Source of the DNA: Felis catus | Lineage: Eukaryota | Length of the DNA stretch: 64,000 nucleotides | Direction of reading: 5' to 3' | NCBI RefSeq assembly: GCF_018350175.1 | Contig: NC_058383.1 | Coordinates: forward strand, 620,001-684,000 | In this document: positions 51,264-61,890 of the stretch, one piece after another | How the letters are laid out: every line of letters begins with the position of its first letter | Position numbering within the stretch: the stretch's first letter is position 1 | Made by a program: the position numbers and the translations under genes | Notes under the pieces: model-generated | Database searches by the model: none | What the model was told of the DNA's origin: nothing | What the model saw: the letters and a program-made list of their open reading frames with translations, nothing else

Positions 51264-52964
51264 AGAACAAATATTGTTAAAATGTCGATGCTACCCAAAG
51301 CAATCTACATATTCAATGCAATCCCTATCAAAATAACACCAGCATTCTTCACAGAGCTACAACAAACAATCCTAAAATTTGTATGGAGCCAGAAAAGACC
51401 CTGAATAGCCAAAGCAATCTTGAAAAAGAAAACCAAAGTAGGAAGCATCACAATCACGGACTTCAAGCTGTATTACAAAGCTGTAATCATCAAGACAGTA
51501 TGGTACTGGCACAAGAACAGACAGTCAGATCAGTGGAACAGAATAGAGAACCCAGAAATAGACCCACAAACGTATGGCCAACTAACCTTTGACAAAGCAG
51601 GAAAGAATATCCAATGGAAGAAAGACAGTCACTTCAGCAAGTGGTGCTGGGAAAACTGGACAGCGACATGGAGAAGAATGAACCTGAACCACTTTCTTAC
51701 ACCAGACACAAAAATAAACTCAAAACGGATGAAAGACCTAAATGTAAGACAGGGAGCCATCAGAATCCTCGAGGAGAAAGCAGGCAAAAACCTCCTCGAT
51801 CTTGGCCGCAGCAACTTCTTACCCAACGCATCTCCGGAGGCAAGGGAAACAAAAGCAAAATCAAAATAAAAAGCTTCTGCACAGCAAAGGAAACAGTCAG
51901 CAAAACTAAAAGGCAACCGACAGAATGGGAGAAGATATTTGAAAATGACATATCAGATAAAAGGTTAGTATCCAAAATCTATAAAGAACTTATCAAACTC
52001 GACACCCAAATAACAGCTAATCCAGTGAAGAAATGGGCAAAAGACATGAATAGACACTTCTCCAAAGAAAACATCTAGATGGCCAACCGACACATGAAAA
52101 AATGCTCCACATCACTCATCATCAGGGAAATACAAATCAAAACCACACTGAGATACCACCTCACACCTGTCAGAATGGCTAAAATTAACAACTCAGGCAA
52201 CAACAGATGTTGGCCAGGATGCGGAGAAAAAGAGTATCTCTTTTGCACTGCTGGTGGGAATGCAAACTGGTGCAGCCGCTCTGGAAAACAGTCTGGAGGT
52301 TCCTCAAAAAACTAAAAATAGAACTACTCTTCGACCCAGCAATGGCACTACTAGGCATTTATCCACGGGATACCGGTGTGCTGTTTCGAAGGGGCACAGG
52401 CACCCCCATGTTTATAGCAGCACTACCGATAATAGCCAAAGTATGGAAAGACCCCAAATGTCCATCGACGGATGAATGGATAAAGAAGACGTGAGATATA
52501 TATATACAATGGAGTATTACTCGGCCATCAAAAAGAATGAAATCTTGCCATCTGCAACTACGTGGATGGAACTGGAGGGCATTATGCTAAGTGAAATTAG
52601 TCAGAGAAAGACAAAAATCATATGACTTCACTCATATGAGGACTTTAAGAGACAAAACACATGAACATAACGGAAAGGAAACGAAAATAATATAAAAAAC
52701 AGGGAGGGGGACAAAACAGAAGAGACTCACAAATATGGAGAACAAACTAAGGGTTACTGGAGGGGGTGTGGGAGGGGGATGGGCTAAATGGGTCAGGGGC
52801 ACTAAGGAATCTACTCCTGAAATCACTGTTGCACTATATGCTAACTAATTTGGATGTAAATTTTAAAAAATAAAAAATTAAATTAAAAAAAAAAAAACTT
52901 TTACACAGGAGTGTAAATTCCTAAATAAAGACTTTCAACAAAGTTATAGGGACAAAAAATAAAA
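51264..52964 (+). mobile_element. Young 5'-truncated carnivore L1 (~1.7 kb, disrupted ORF2 3' part) with a 3' extension
   Basis: [21 protein letters not shown]...WCWENW peptide with stops and frameshifts; 3' UTR closely similar to the 44596-45470 copy; perfect TSD taaaggagtaaagaa (51249-51263, 52965-52979). Confidence 0.96.
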
Positions 52965-53049
52965 TAAAGGAGTAAAGAAGAAAACAATGAGAATCGGGAA
53001 AGCTAGAACCAGGCATACATACCTCGTGCTGGAGGGGGCACAGGCCAGT

Positions 53050-53265
53050 GCTGGGAACCCCGGACATTCCCCCCAGCTCGTGAAGGGGGAGAGCCCCATG
53101 CTGGGTCCCCAGACATCCCCCCCAGCTCGTGAAGGGGGAGAGACCCATGCTGGGGTCCCCAGGCATCCCCCCCAGCTCGTGAAGGGGGAGGGCCCCATGC
53201 TGGGGTCCCCAGGCATCCCCCCCAGCTCATGAAGGGGCAGAGCCCCATGCTGGGGTCCCTGGATG
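53050..53265. repeat. 49-50-bp tandem repeat, about 4 copies
   Basis: cagctc(g/a)tgaagggg at 53074, 53123, 53173 and 53223. Confidence 0.95.
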
Positions 53266-54063
53266 CCGGCAGCTGGTTCTTGAAGTCTCTTCAGCTCAGG
53301 GCAAGGAAGAGCCCATTCTGTTCATGCTGTGCTCTGTTCCAAGGCCTCGTCCTGCCCAGAGAAGGCCTGGGGGGGCCCTGGCAGCTGCCGGCCTCGCAAG
53401 CACTGATAACATCTGAGTGCCACAGGCCAGTGAAGGCACACAGCAGGCACATAATAAATGCCCAGCCAGTGAGGGTACACAGCAGGCATTTAATAAATGC
53501 CCTGGAATGAACCTGTGGAACAAAGGCCTAGAATATCTTCAGGATGTCTGTGAGTCCCCGGGACTTGGCACATTTTAACTTAAATGCCAGCTATGCCAGA
53601 GCAGCGAATGTTGAGCGGGGGAACAGCTTCTCCCCCTAACTGGTCCCAGAGGCAACTTGCAAAGGCACACTTCCATAACTAAACCCCATCTGGAGACCTC
53701 ACCCAGCTCCACCTGGTGGGGACTGAGCAGCTGTCCCTGGGCCCAGCAGAGATGAGGCAAAGCCACAGCCAAAGTCCCCCGGCAGCCTGCTGCGGTGGAC
53801 CGGCCTGCCACACGCCTGCCCACCAGAGGCCCCACAGCGGCCTCCAGGCCAAAGCCGGCCCACCCTGCCGAGGACAAGGTCTATCTCACAGTAGCGTCGA
53901 AAAGAATGGAACATCTACCAAGAGAAATGCAAGACTGAAACTGAAAACTAGAGAACGTTGTGAAGAGAAACAAAGAATCTGAGTACACGGAGGGAGGTCT
54001 CACGTCCGGGACCCTGAAGCCGTGATACTGACGAGATACCAGTTCGGTAAGAAACCGATCTCC

Positions 54064-54286
54064 GGCGCGCCTGGGTGGCTCAGTTGGTTGTGCATCCGGC
54101 TTCGGCTCAGGTATGATCTCGCGATTCCTGAGCTCGAGCCCCGCATCGGGCTCTGTGCTGACGGCTTGGAGCCTGGAGGCTGCTTCCGATTCTGTGTCTC
54201 CCTCTCTCTCTGCCCCTCCCCCGCTTGTGCTCTGTCTCTCTCTGTCTCTCAAAAGTGATTAAGTGTAAAAAAAAATTTTTTTTTTA
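54064..54286 (+). mobile_element. Can-SINE
   Basis: TSD aagaaaccg(a/t)tctcc (54049-54063, 54287-54301). Confidence 0.94.
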
Positions 54287-54684
54287 AAGAAACCGTTCTC
54301 CAAGTTCAATGCAGACTCTCAAAAGAGAAACCACCTAAAGTTCGCATGGAAAAGCAAAGGCCCCATAGCAACCAGGACAGTTTTGAGAAAGAACAAAATG
54401 AAGGCTCGCACGACTTGGTTTCAGAACTTACGACAGAGCCCCCCTGCCTCACACGGCCTTCGGTGCCCGACGAGCACACGGAGCAACGGACAGACTGAGA
54501 GTCTAGAAATAAGCCTACACACTTCCAGCCGCAGGTTCCCGTCCAACGCGGAGAGCAGTGTTTCAACAGAAGGCGCCGGGACAACGGGAATCCACAGGAA
54601 AGAAATACTCCTGGACCCTGACCCCAGGACCCCTGGACCCCTTGTTCCTCCACACAAGAAGTAACTCAAAATGGGTCGTAGACC

Positions 54685-54906
54685 GGGGCGCCTGGGTGGC
54701 TCAGTGGGCTAAGCGTCTGACATCAGCTCAGGTCGGTCATGATCTCATGGTCCGTGAGTTTAATCCCATGTTGGGCTCTGTGCTGACAGCTCGGAACCTG
54801 GAGCCTGCTTCACATTCTGTCTCCCTCTCTGCCCCTCCCCAGCTTTCTCTCTCTCTCTCTCTCTCAAAAATAAATAAACATTACACAAGTTAAAAAAAAA
54901 AAAAAA
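54685..54906 (+). mobile_element. Can-SINE, no TSD seen
   Basis: ggggcgcctgggtggctcagtgggctaagc head; CT tract; poly-A. Confidence 0.93.
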
Positions 54907-57900
54907 GAAATGCCAAACCAAGTGGGAAGAAAAGATTTGCAAACACACATCTGATAAAGAATCCACGTCCAGAATATATAAAGAGTGCTCCAAAGTCAAC
55001 AATAAGACCAAGAACTCAATTGAAAAACGAGCAAAAAATTTAACTAAGGACTTTGCCAGACTTCGTACAAATGGCTAAGAAGCACCTGGAAAGCCGTCCA
55101 GTCTCATTAGTCACGAGGCAAATGCAAAGCGAAGCCACGTGCGGTACCCGCGAGGCTGACGGCAATCCAAGCACAGGCGAGCCAACATCGTTCTACGTAA
55201 AAGAAGCCAGAAACACGGCGCCACGCAGGGTCTGCTTCCGTCATTTCAAGTGTCCGGAAAAGGTGTGCAGAGTCGTGGGAGGTAGGGCAGTGGAGAGGAT
55301 GGATGGCAAATAGGCACCGGGGACGTACGTCGGCAGGAGTCATGGAGTCGGACGCTTACTCTGGGCGAGCAGTACGGTACGTGTGCGATACCCCGACCGA
55401 GCGGCTCCGGAAAGAGAGAGAAGGAGAGACAGGAAAACACCTGTCTTCCAAGGACCGGGTCGGCCCCTGGTTCCTAAACGCCAGACGGCTGGTGTCACGA
55501 CGAGACACCCAGGGGAGACGGCAAGGTCCCGGTCCTGCCGGCCGTTCCGAGCCTGCTTCCACCCTAGGAAAAAGGCAGGCCGCCACCCTACCGCCCAGAC
55601 GGCGAGCGGTGACATGTGCGGAGCCCCCAGCATGGGGCAGGTGCCGAGCGGTCTGGCTCCAAGCAGAGGGCTGTTCAGCAGGAACGTAACCGAACTTTTC
55701 TGGTGCAAAAGAGGAAGAAGAAAATGAAGCTTCACCTCAAACTTCCGGACATACGGTCACTCTTTCAGGCGGCTTCCAGCGGCGTGGCTCGAGAGTGCAC
55801 GATCCTGGGCCAAAACGCGGTCCCGTCTCTTCCCGCGCTGGTGCCCAACGGCCTCCAGGCGCACACTTGACTGGGACCCCAGGAGGAGCAAGACTGGTGA
55901 CCGAAAACCTCGCAAAGGACACTGTGGGGCAGCTCGGTCGTAACTGGTCACTCGGCTTCCTTCCACCTCGTTCTGCGGGAGTCCCGATCCGTCACAAGGG
56001 AGTCCGAGGGCCGAGGCCACCATGCTCCAGGCACCAGCCCGGCCCAGACCTCAAGTCGGCCGAGCCTGGCACCAGACTTGGGGTGCAGAGCCCTTATTAA
56101 CTCCTTGTTTCTGTGTTTTCCTGGCTGCGGTCCCCGGCCTCGTGGGGCTCGGAAGCCGCCCCACCGGGCCCCACCAGCATGACGGACGGCCACTGCTCAG
56201 GCCACAACGTCTGGGGGGCCGCTGCGCCTCGGTCTGTAGCACGTGGGCGAGCAGGGGGCAGCGGTGCCCCCGCCCGTCTGCAGAAAAGTGGGCTCGTGTG
56301 CACTTACCCGCACCGAGAGCGAGCCCTGGGCTAACAGAGCAGCTCCCTTGTCCAAAGCATCTCGAGATGTCAAAGATCTCTTAAAATTCTGTTCAAATCA
56401 CCCACCTCTGAGCTCCGGAAGCCCACGCGGTCAGGGGGAGGTGGTCCACGCACTAGGGACAGAATTCACTCCTCGGGGGCCCAGACCAGGCTCCCTGGAG
56501 CCGAGGGTCCCCGCAGGGGCACGGCCGGGCCCCACGTGGAGGGCCCCCTGGACACCTGGGCAGTCCTCTCTCGAGACGTCTAAGAGCCGTGACCCCGTGA
56601 GGGTGGGTGAGGACACTGAGCCTCTCAGCCTCTGTAAACGAGGTGCATCTTGTCCTGTGACCCGTGACTCACTCGAGATCCCTAACTGAGAGACACGGAT
56701 GAGAAAGGAGCAGACGTGTCTCTGGAGCCCCTACCTGCCCGCACCGTCCCCGCTCGTCGTGGGGGCCAGAGGAAGCAGTGCCTGCCCAAGGTCGCTCAGC
56801 GTCCCCAGGCCCACGTGCCCTCCCCTCCGAGAACACAGAGGCTGCAGAGGGAACCCGCAGGAAGAGAACGCAGGTGGAATTCGGGTGCACGTCCTCAGCC
56901 AGACCTACGGCCACACGTGGCTTTAGCATCGGGCTGGCTCAGAACCCTTGAAAGAGACACCGGTCAAGTCTAGTGCAACATGGGGGCTCCCCGGCTCACC
57001 CTAGGAAACCCAGGGCAGTTACTTCCAGTAAGGCCTCCCTCGGGCCGGGGGGCAAGGGCAGGGCCACCTGTGCGTCTCGTATCCCACCGCAGCGCCCCAG
57101 CATGCTGTAGCTGAACACAGCGGTGAGTTCACGGGCACCTGATGGCAACGTGATAGGACACACTGCGGTGACCCGATGGCGGGAAACGCGGTCGCAGCTT
57201 CTGCGTGTGGAGGGCACCGCGCACCGGACGTGAGTGGGCTTATGTCCACCGTCTCCTTCACACCCGATGCTGGACGCCGTGATGTCACCACACGGCCCGG
57301 TACGACAGGCAGGGGCAAGATGAGACATCCATCTGGGAAAGGCTGGACACGGGGCGGCCACGCTCAAGTTCACACTGGACCCAGGGAGGCAGGGGCCTGA
57401 GAACCTGGCTCTGAGGAGCTGCACCCCACCCCAAATCTCAACCTCGTGCTCCCCTTCAGGAGAAGACTCTCAATGTTTCTGGCCAGGTGGCGCACAGATT
57501 CCAAGACGTGGGAAGTCTGATGTTCGTGAACTTTTCCGGTTCTGCAAATCCAAGTGCTGAAGGCCACGGAGCCCAGAGGACACGAGAACACCGTGTCCTT
57601 CCGCCAGCACCCGGCTAACCACAGCTGCAACGTGGCTGAAAGGAGCAAAATGCTCCAGGAACACAGCTGCTTGCAGAATCATCATCATTTCCACACAATT
57701 AAACCTTGTTCGCCACGAAAGCATCACTCGGAAGTGGCTCTGTTCTCGGCCCGGACCCAGGAACTCACAACGAGCCACGTAAAATTGATTACGAGTTAAT
57801 TGCTCTGAGAGACGCTTAGCTTTGAACTACGAGCCGTCGCGGCAGGGGTAATTAAGAACAAGCCATGTTCAACAAACTCAATGAAAACCAAGACTTAAAT

Positions 57901-58327
57901 GCTGAAATTGGCCGCTGGCCTGAATATAACAGGAAGGCGGTTCCAATTCGAAAGGCCATCGGCTGAGCACACGCCGTGCAGGAACGGGGCAGCGGGGGCA
58001 GCGGTGAGGGCACCCAGGGCACATGACACCTCCCTCCAGTGCCCAGCGGGCTGCTCCAGCCGGCCTCTCCGGATATAAGGCCGCTGGCAGCCTCCCTGCA
58101 CCCAGGCTACATCCACAGTCCCTCCCTTCCTGTGACTACGCCCGTGGTCGCGATGCCCGCACATGAGTACCCTTAAACCACATCCCTTCGGGGGTTTCTA
58201 AGCCGACAACGAAAATGCTGCACTGTGTGTTCACATACTTGGACAGGGAGTGACTTCTGGCCGCTGCAGACAACAGCCTGCCACCTGTCCTTCTGTCCTT
58301 CTGCAAATACGGTCAACGTAAACCCCT

Positions 58328-58757
58328 TGTGCCAAGGAGACTTCGTGTGCCCACCGCCCAGGCCACGGGATGCCCCGATGATGCCCAGACGGAGAAGTGT
58401 TACTTCCAGGTGCGTGTGGGCGTTTCTGGAGGAGCTGGGCACCTGCACCGGAGGATGGAGTGGACATGGCCGTCCCCGTAGTGAGTGGGTGCCATCCCAC
58501 CCACGGAGGGCCGGGGGGGGGGGGGGGCGGGGGGGGGGAGGATAGCAGGAGAGTCGGCTCTCTGTGCAAGCTGGGACATTACATCCTCCTGCCCCCAGAC
58601 AGCAGGGCTCCTGGGTCCCGGGCACTCAGACTCAGCCCAGAGCACACAGCGGGCTCTGCTGGGTCAGCCCCCACAATCACACGACCCGACTCCGGTACCA
58701 AATGCCTCAGGTATGTCTGCGCCCCACTGGCCTCGTCTCCCCAGAGAATCCAGTATG
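58328..58757 (+). mobile_element. MLT2-like (ERVL) solo LTR relic
   Basis: ggccacgggatgccccgat...caggtgcgtgtgggcgtttctggaggag...gtgggtgccatccca and the end ctcgtctccccagagaatccag resemble the recalled MLT2 consensus. Confidence 0.65.
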
Positions 58758-59788
58758 CTGCGGTGACCGGCCCCTCGCCAGCTACTTAAAACGGGACGTT
58801 ACTGAGCGCTGGATGTTCACATGGCTCCTTGTCTCCAGAACTTTCCGCGCAGAACATACCCAAACATAAGAGCATTTATGCCTTGTCTCGTCCGTCACCC
58901 TACCACACCTCTCCATACGAGATACACTGAAATTCTGGAGCTTTTATCACAATTTTTTTAAGATACAGAAGTTTTTTTTTTATATTGGCTGACTAAATGT
59001 AAATACGTCAACATTCTTGATAAATAATTATTACATTGAAAGATTATGATGTTCTGGAAATACACCACTTGGAGTTTTTGTATTTATACTGATTTATAGT
59101 GCCTTATTTAAAAAGAGGCCTCGTTCCAACGTTTCGTGGCCCTGAGGCTTCTGCACCTTGGGGCAACCCACCCAGGTAAGACCTCCCCTCTGACAGCGGA
59201 GGAGGTCAACTTTTTAAGAGTAAGGGCTAGGAATGGTCAGGAAAGGTCGGGGAAAAGTCGGGGAAAGGTGACTTTGACTGCTCGGTCCCAAGTGCAAATC
59301 TGGAATCTGAAACCCAGGACTCTGACCCTGTTGAGTGGCCTGTGGAGGGCTTGCACACCAGGGTCTGTGTGTCATGCTGGAAGATCTCGGCCCTCAGAAG
59401 GGCAGGGTCTGGGTCACCCTCTCCGCCTTGACAGGATCCCTCCTGGTCACCTCCAACCACCCAGGCTGCCCCTGGCCCTCAGACCAGAAACAAGCTTCCC
59501 GATCCTCACGCTTTCCGGTCTTGGCTGAAACGTTCCTCGGCCCACGAAAGGCCGTCCCTAGCTGCGTGTCCAGCAGAGACCCTCCCCCGCCCACTCCCGG
59601 TGCGTTTCCCACAAAGCCCCCACTCTCCCTAGAAAGCACAGAATCACATGCCGATGAGCGAGTGAGCGGGAGAGAGCTCCTGCCTCCGAGGTCACACAGC
59701 CAGCCCGCAGCAAGGCCAGGCCGGCACCCACGGTCATCCTCTGGCTCCCCTGTCTGACACAGCCTCCTCTTGATAGCAAAACAGTGTT

Positions 59789-60037
59789 GGGGCTCCCGGG
59801 GGGGGGGGGTCCTGGGGGGCTGAGTCGGTTGAGCGTCTGAGTGTTGATTCCAGCTCAGGTCACGATCTCAGGTTTCATGGGATCAAGCCCTGCGTTGGGC
59901 TCTGTGCTGACAGTGCAGATCAGAGCCTGCTTGGGATGCTCTCTCTGCCCCTTTCCCTCCCCTCCCCAGCACGCACGCTCTCTCTCTCTGTCTCTCTCTC
60001 TCTCTCTCAAAATAAATAAATAAACTTAAAAAAAAAA
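59789..60037 (+). mobile_element. Older-type Can-SINE with a poly-G head
   Basis: gctgagtcggttgagcgtctgagtgttgattccagctcagg; CT tract; aataaataaataaa tail. Confidence 0.88.
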
Positions 60038-60381
60038 TGGTCTCTAGCACGGCCACCACTCTAAGGGTCCTCCAGGCCCTCCGCCTTCTGGAAGCTTCCC
60101 TAGGCTCCTCCCTTTTCAGTGCTGAAACTCTCCCAGGCCCAGAATTTGAGCACTTCTCAAGGCCAGGGCCAGAGCTCCGCTGCCCTGCCCAGACTCCCCA
60201 CTGCACCCAGCCCAGGACAGCGCACACAGCCAAGCTTAGCGGGGCCGACGGCCCTGAAGTCTGCAGAGGGGACCTCGTGCCCACACAGGCCAGGCTGGAT
60301 GCTGGCCTGGCCTCTCTGGGACCACACACAAGCCCTTTCACCTATGAGCCCACTTTCCTCACCTAAACATCAGACAGAGAC

Positions 60382-60382
<1 letters not shown>

Positions 60383-60420
<38 letters not shown>
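60383..60420. repeat. (AC)19 microsatellite
   Basis: Perfect dinucleotide run. Confidence 0.97.
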
Positions 60421-60422
<2 letters not shown>

Positions 60423-60669
60423 CTGCTGGGAGAGATTAATGAGGTCACAAGTGCCCGGTGCTCAGCAGGTACACAGCACAGATGAAGCCAACGCTGACGA
60501 CTGGGAGCCACTGGGCAAAACTAACACCTGAGGCAGGGGTAACCCCCGCCAAGCACTGGAACAAGCCTTTAGAAAACGGTCTTTTCTGAAAAGCCAGAGA
60601 AAGGTCAGGAAAAGCCACAGGAACCTGGATGGTCGAGGAGTGATTGAGGATGGATCCATGGGGACGATC

Positions 60670-61890
60670 TCACGGAGTGAATGAGTGAGTGGGAACAGGT
60701 AAGGAGTGGGAGAATGAGACCAGATCGCGTGGTGTGAACGACTGAATGAATGAATGACAGGAATGAATGAATGAATGAGGCCGGATCATGTGAACGAGTG
60801 AATGAATGAATGACAGAAATGAATGAATGAATGAGGCCAGATCACATGGCATGAACGAGTGAATGAATGAATGACAGGAATGAATGAATGAATGAGGCCA
60901 GATCATGTGGAGTGAACAAGTGAATGAATGAATGAATGACAGGAATGAATGAATGAGGCCAGAGCACATGGCATGAATGAGTGAATGAATGACAGGAATG
61001 AATGAATGACAGGAATGAATGAATGAATGAGGACGGATCACATCGCGTGAATGAGGACAGATACTGGAGGAATAAGGGAAGGAAAATGAAAATGAATGAA
61101 TGAATGAATGAGGCCAGATCATGTGGCGTGAACGAGTGAATGAATGAATGACAGGCATGAATGAATGAATGAGGCCGGATCATGTGGCGTGAACGAGTGA
61201 ATGAATGAATGACAGGAATGAATGAATGACAGGAATGAATGAATGAATGAAGCCGGATCACGTGGAGTGGCTAGTGAATGAATGAATGACAGGAATGAAT
61301 GAATAAGGCTAGTCATGTGGCATGAACGAGTGAATGACAGAAATGAATGAATGAATGAATGAGGCCGGATCATGTGAACGAGTGATGAATGAATGACAGA
61401 AAAGAATGAATGAATGAGGCCAGATCACATGGCATGAACGAGTGAATGAATGAATGACAGGAATGAATGAATGAATGAGGCCAGATCATGTGGATTGAAC
61501 AAGTGAATGAATGAATGACAGGAATGAATGAATGAGGCCAGAGCACATGGCATGAATGAGTGAATGAATGAATGACAGGAATGAATGAATGACAGGAATG
61601 AATGAATGAGGACGGATCACATCGCGTGAATGAGGACAGATACTGGAGGAATAAGGGAAGGAAAATGAAAATGAATGAATGAATGAATGAGGCCAGATCA
61701 TGTGGCGTGAACGAGTGAATGAATGAATGACAGGCATGAATGAATGAATGAGGCCGGATCATGTGGCGTGAACGAGTGAATGAATGAATGACAGGAATGA
61801 GTGAATGAGGCCGGATCACACCGCATGAACGAGTGAATGAGGACAGATACTGGAGGAAGAAGGGAAGGAGAATGAACGAATGAATGAGAA
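60670..61890. repeat. ~1.2-kb compound (GAAT)n satellite with a higher-order duplication
   Basis: (gaat)3-4 runs separated by gacag and gaggcc(a/g)gatcatgtgg spacers; the block ggacggatcacatcgcgtgaatgaggacagatactgg is at 61031 and 61610. Confidence 0.96.

Larger units (their letters stand above)
53900..55140 (+). mobile_element. Old GC-shifted L1 ORF2 relic hosting two SINEs
   Basis: caagttcaatgcagactc, gactgagagtctagaaataagcctacacac and aagatttgcaaacacacatctgataaag. Confidence 0.7.

Noticed and set aside
51420..52494. ORFs with genuine protein similarity (L1 ORF2 C-terminal region)
   Set aside because: 5'-truncated, stop- and frameshift-disrupted retrotransposon; not a host gene and not autonomous.
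60670..61890. Repeat-spacer pattern superficially like a CRISPR array (also 18229-19515 and 53050-53265)
   Set aside because: The spacers are themselves repeated, there are no cas genes, and the context is a mammalian intron.
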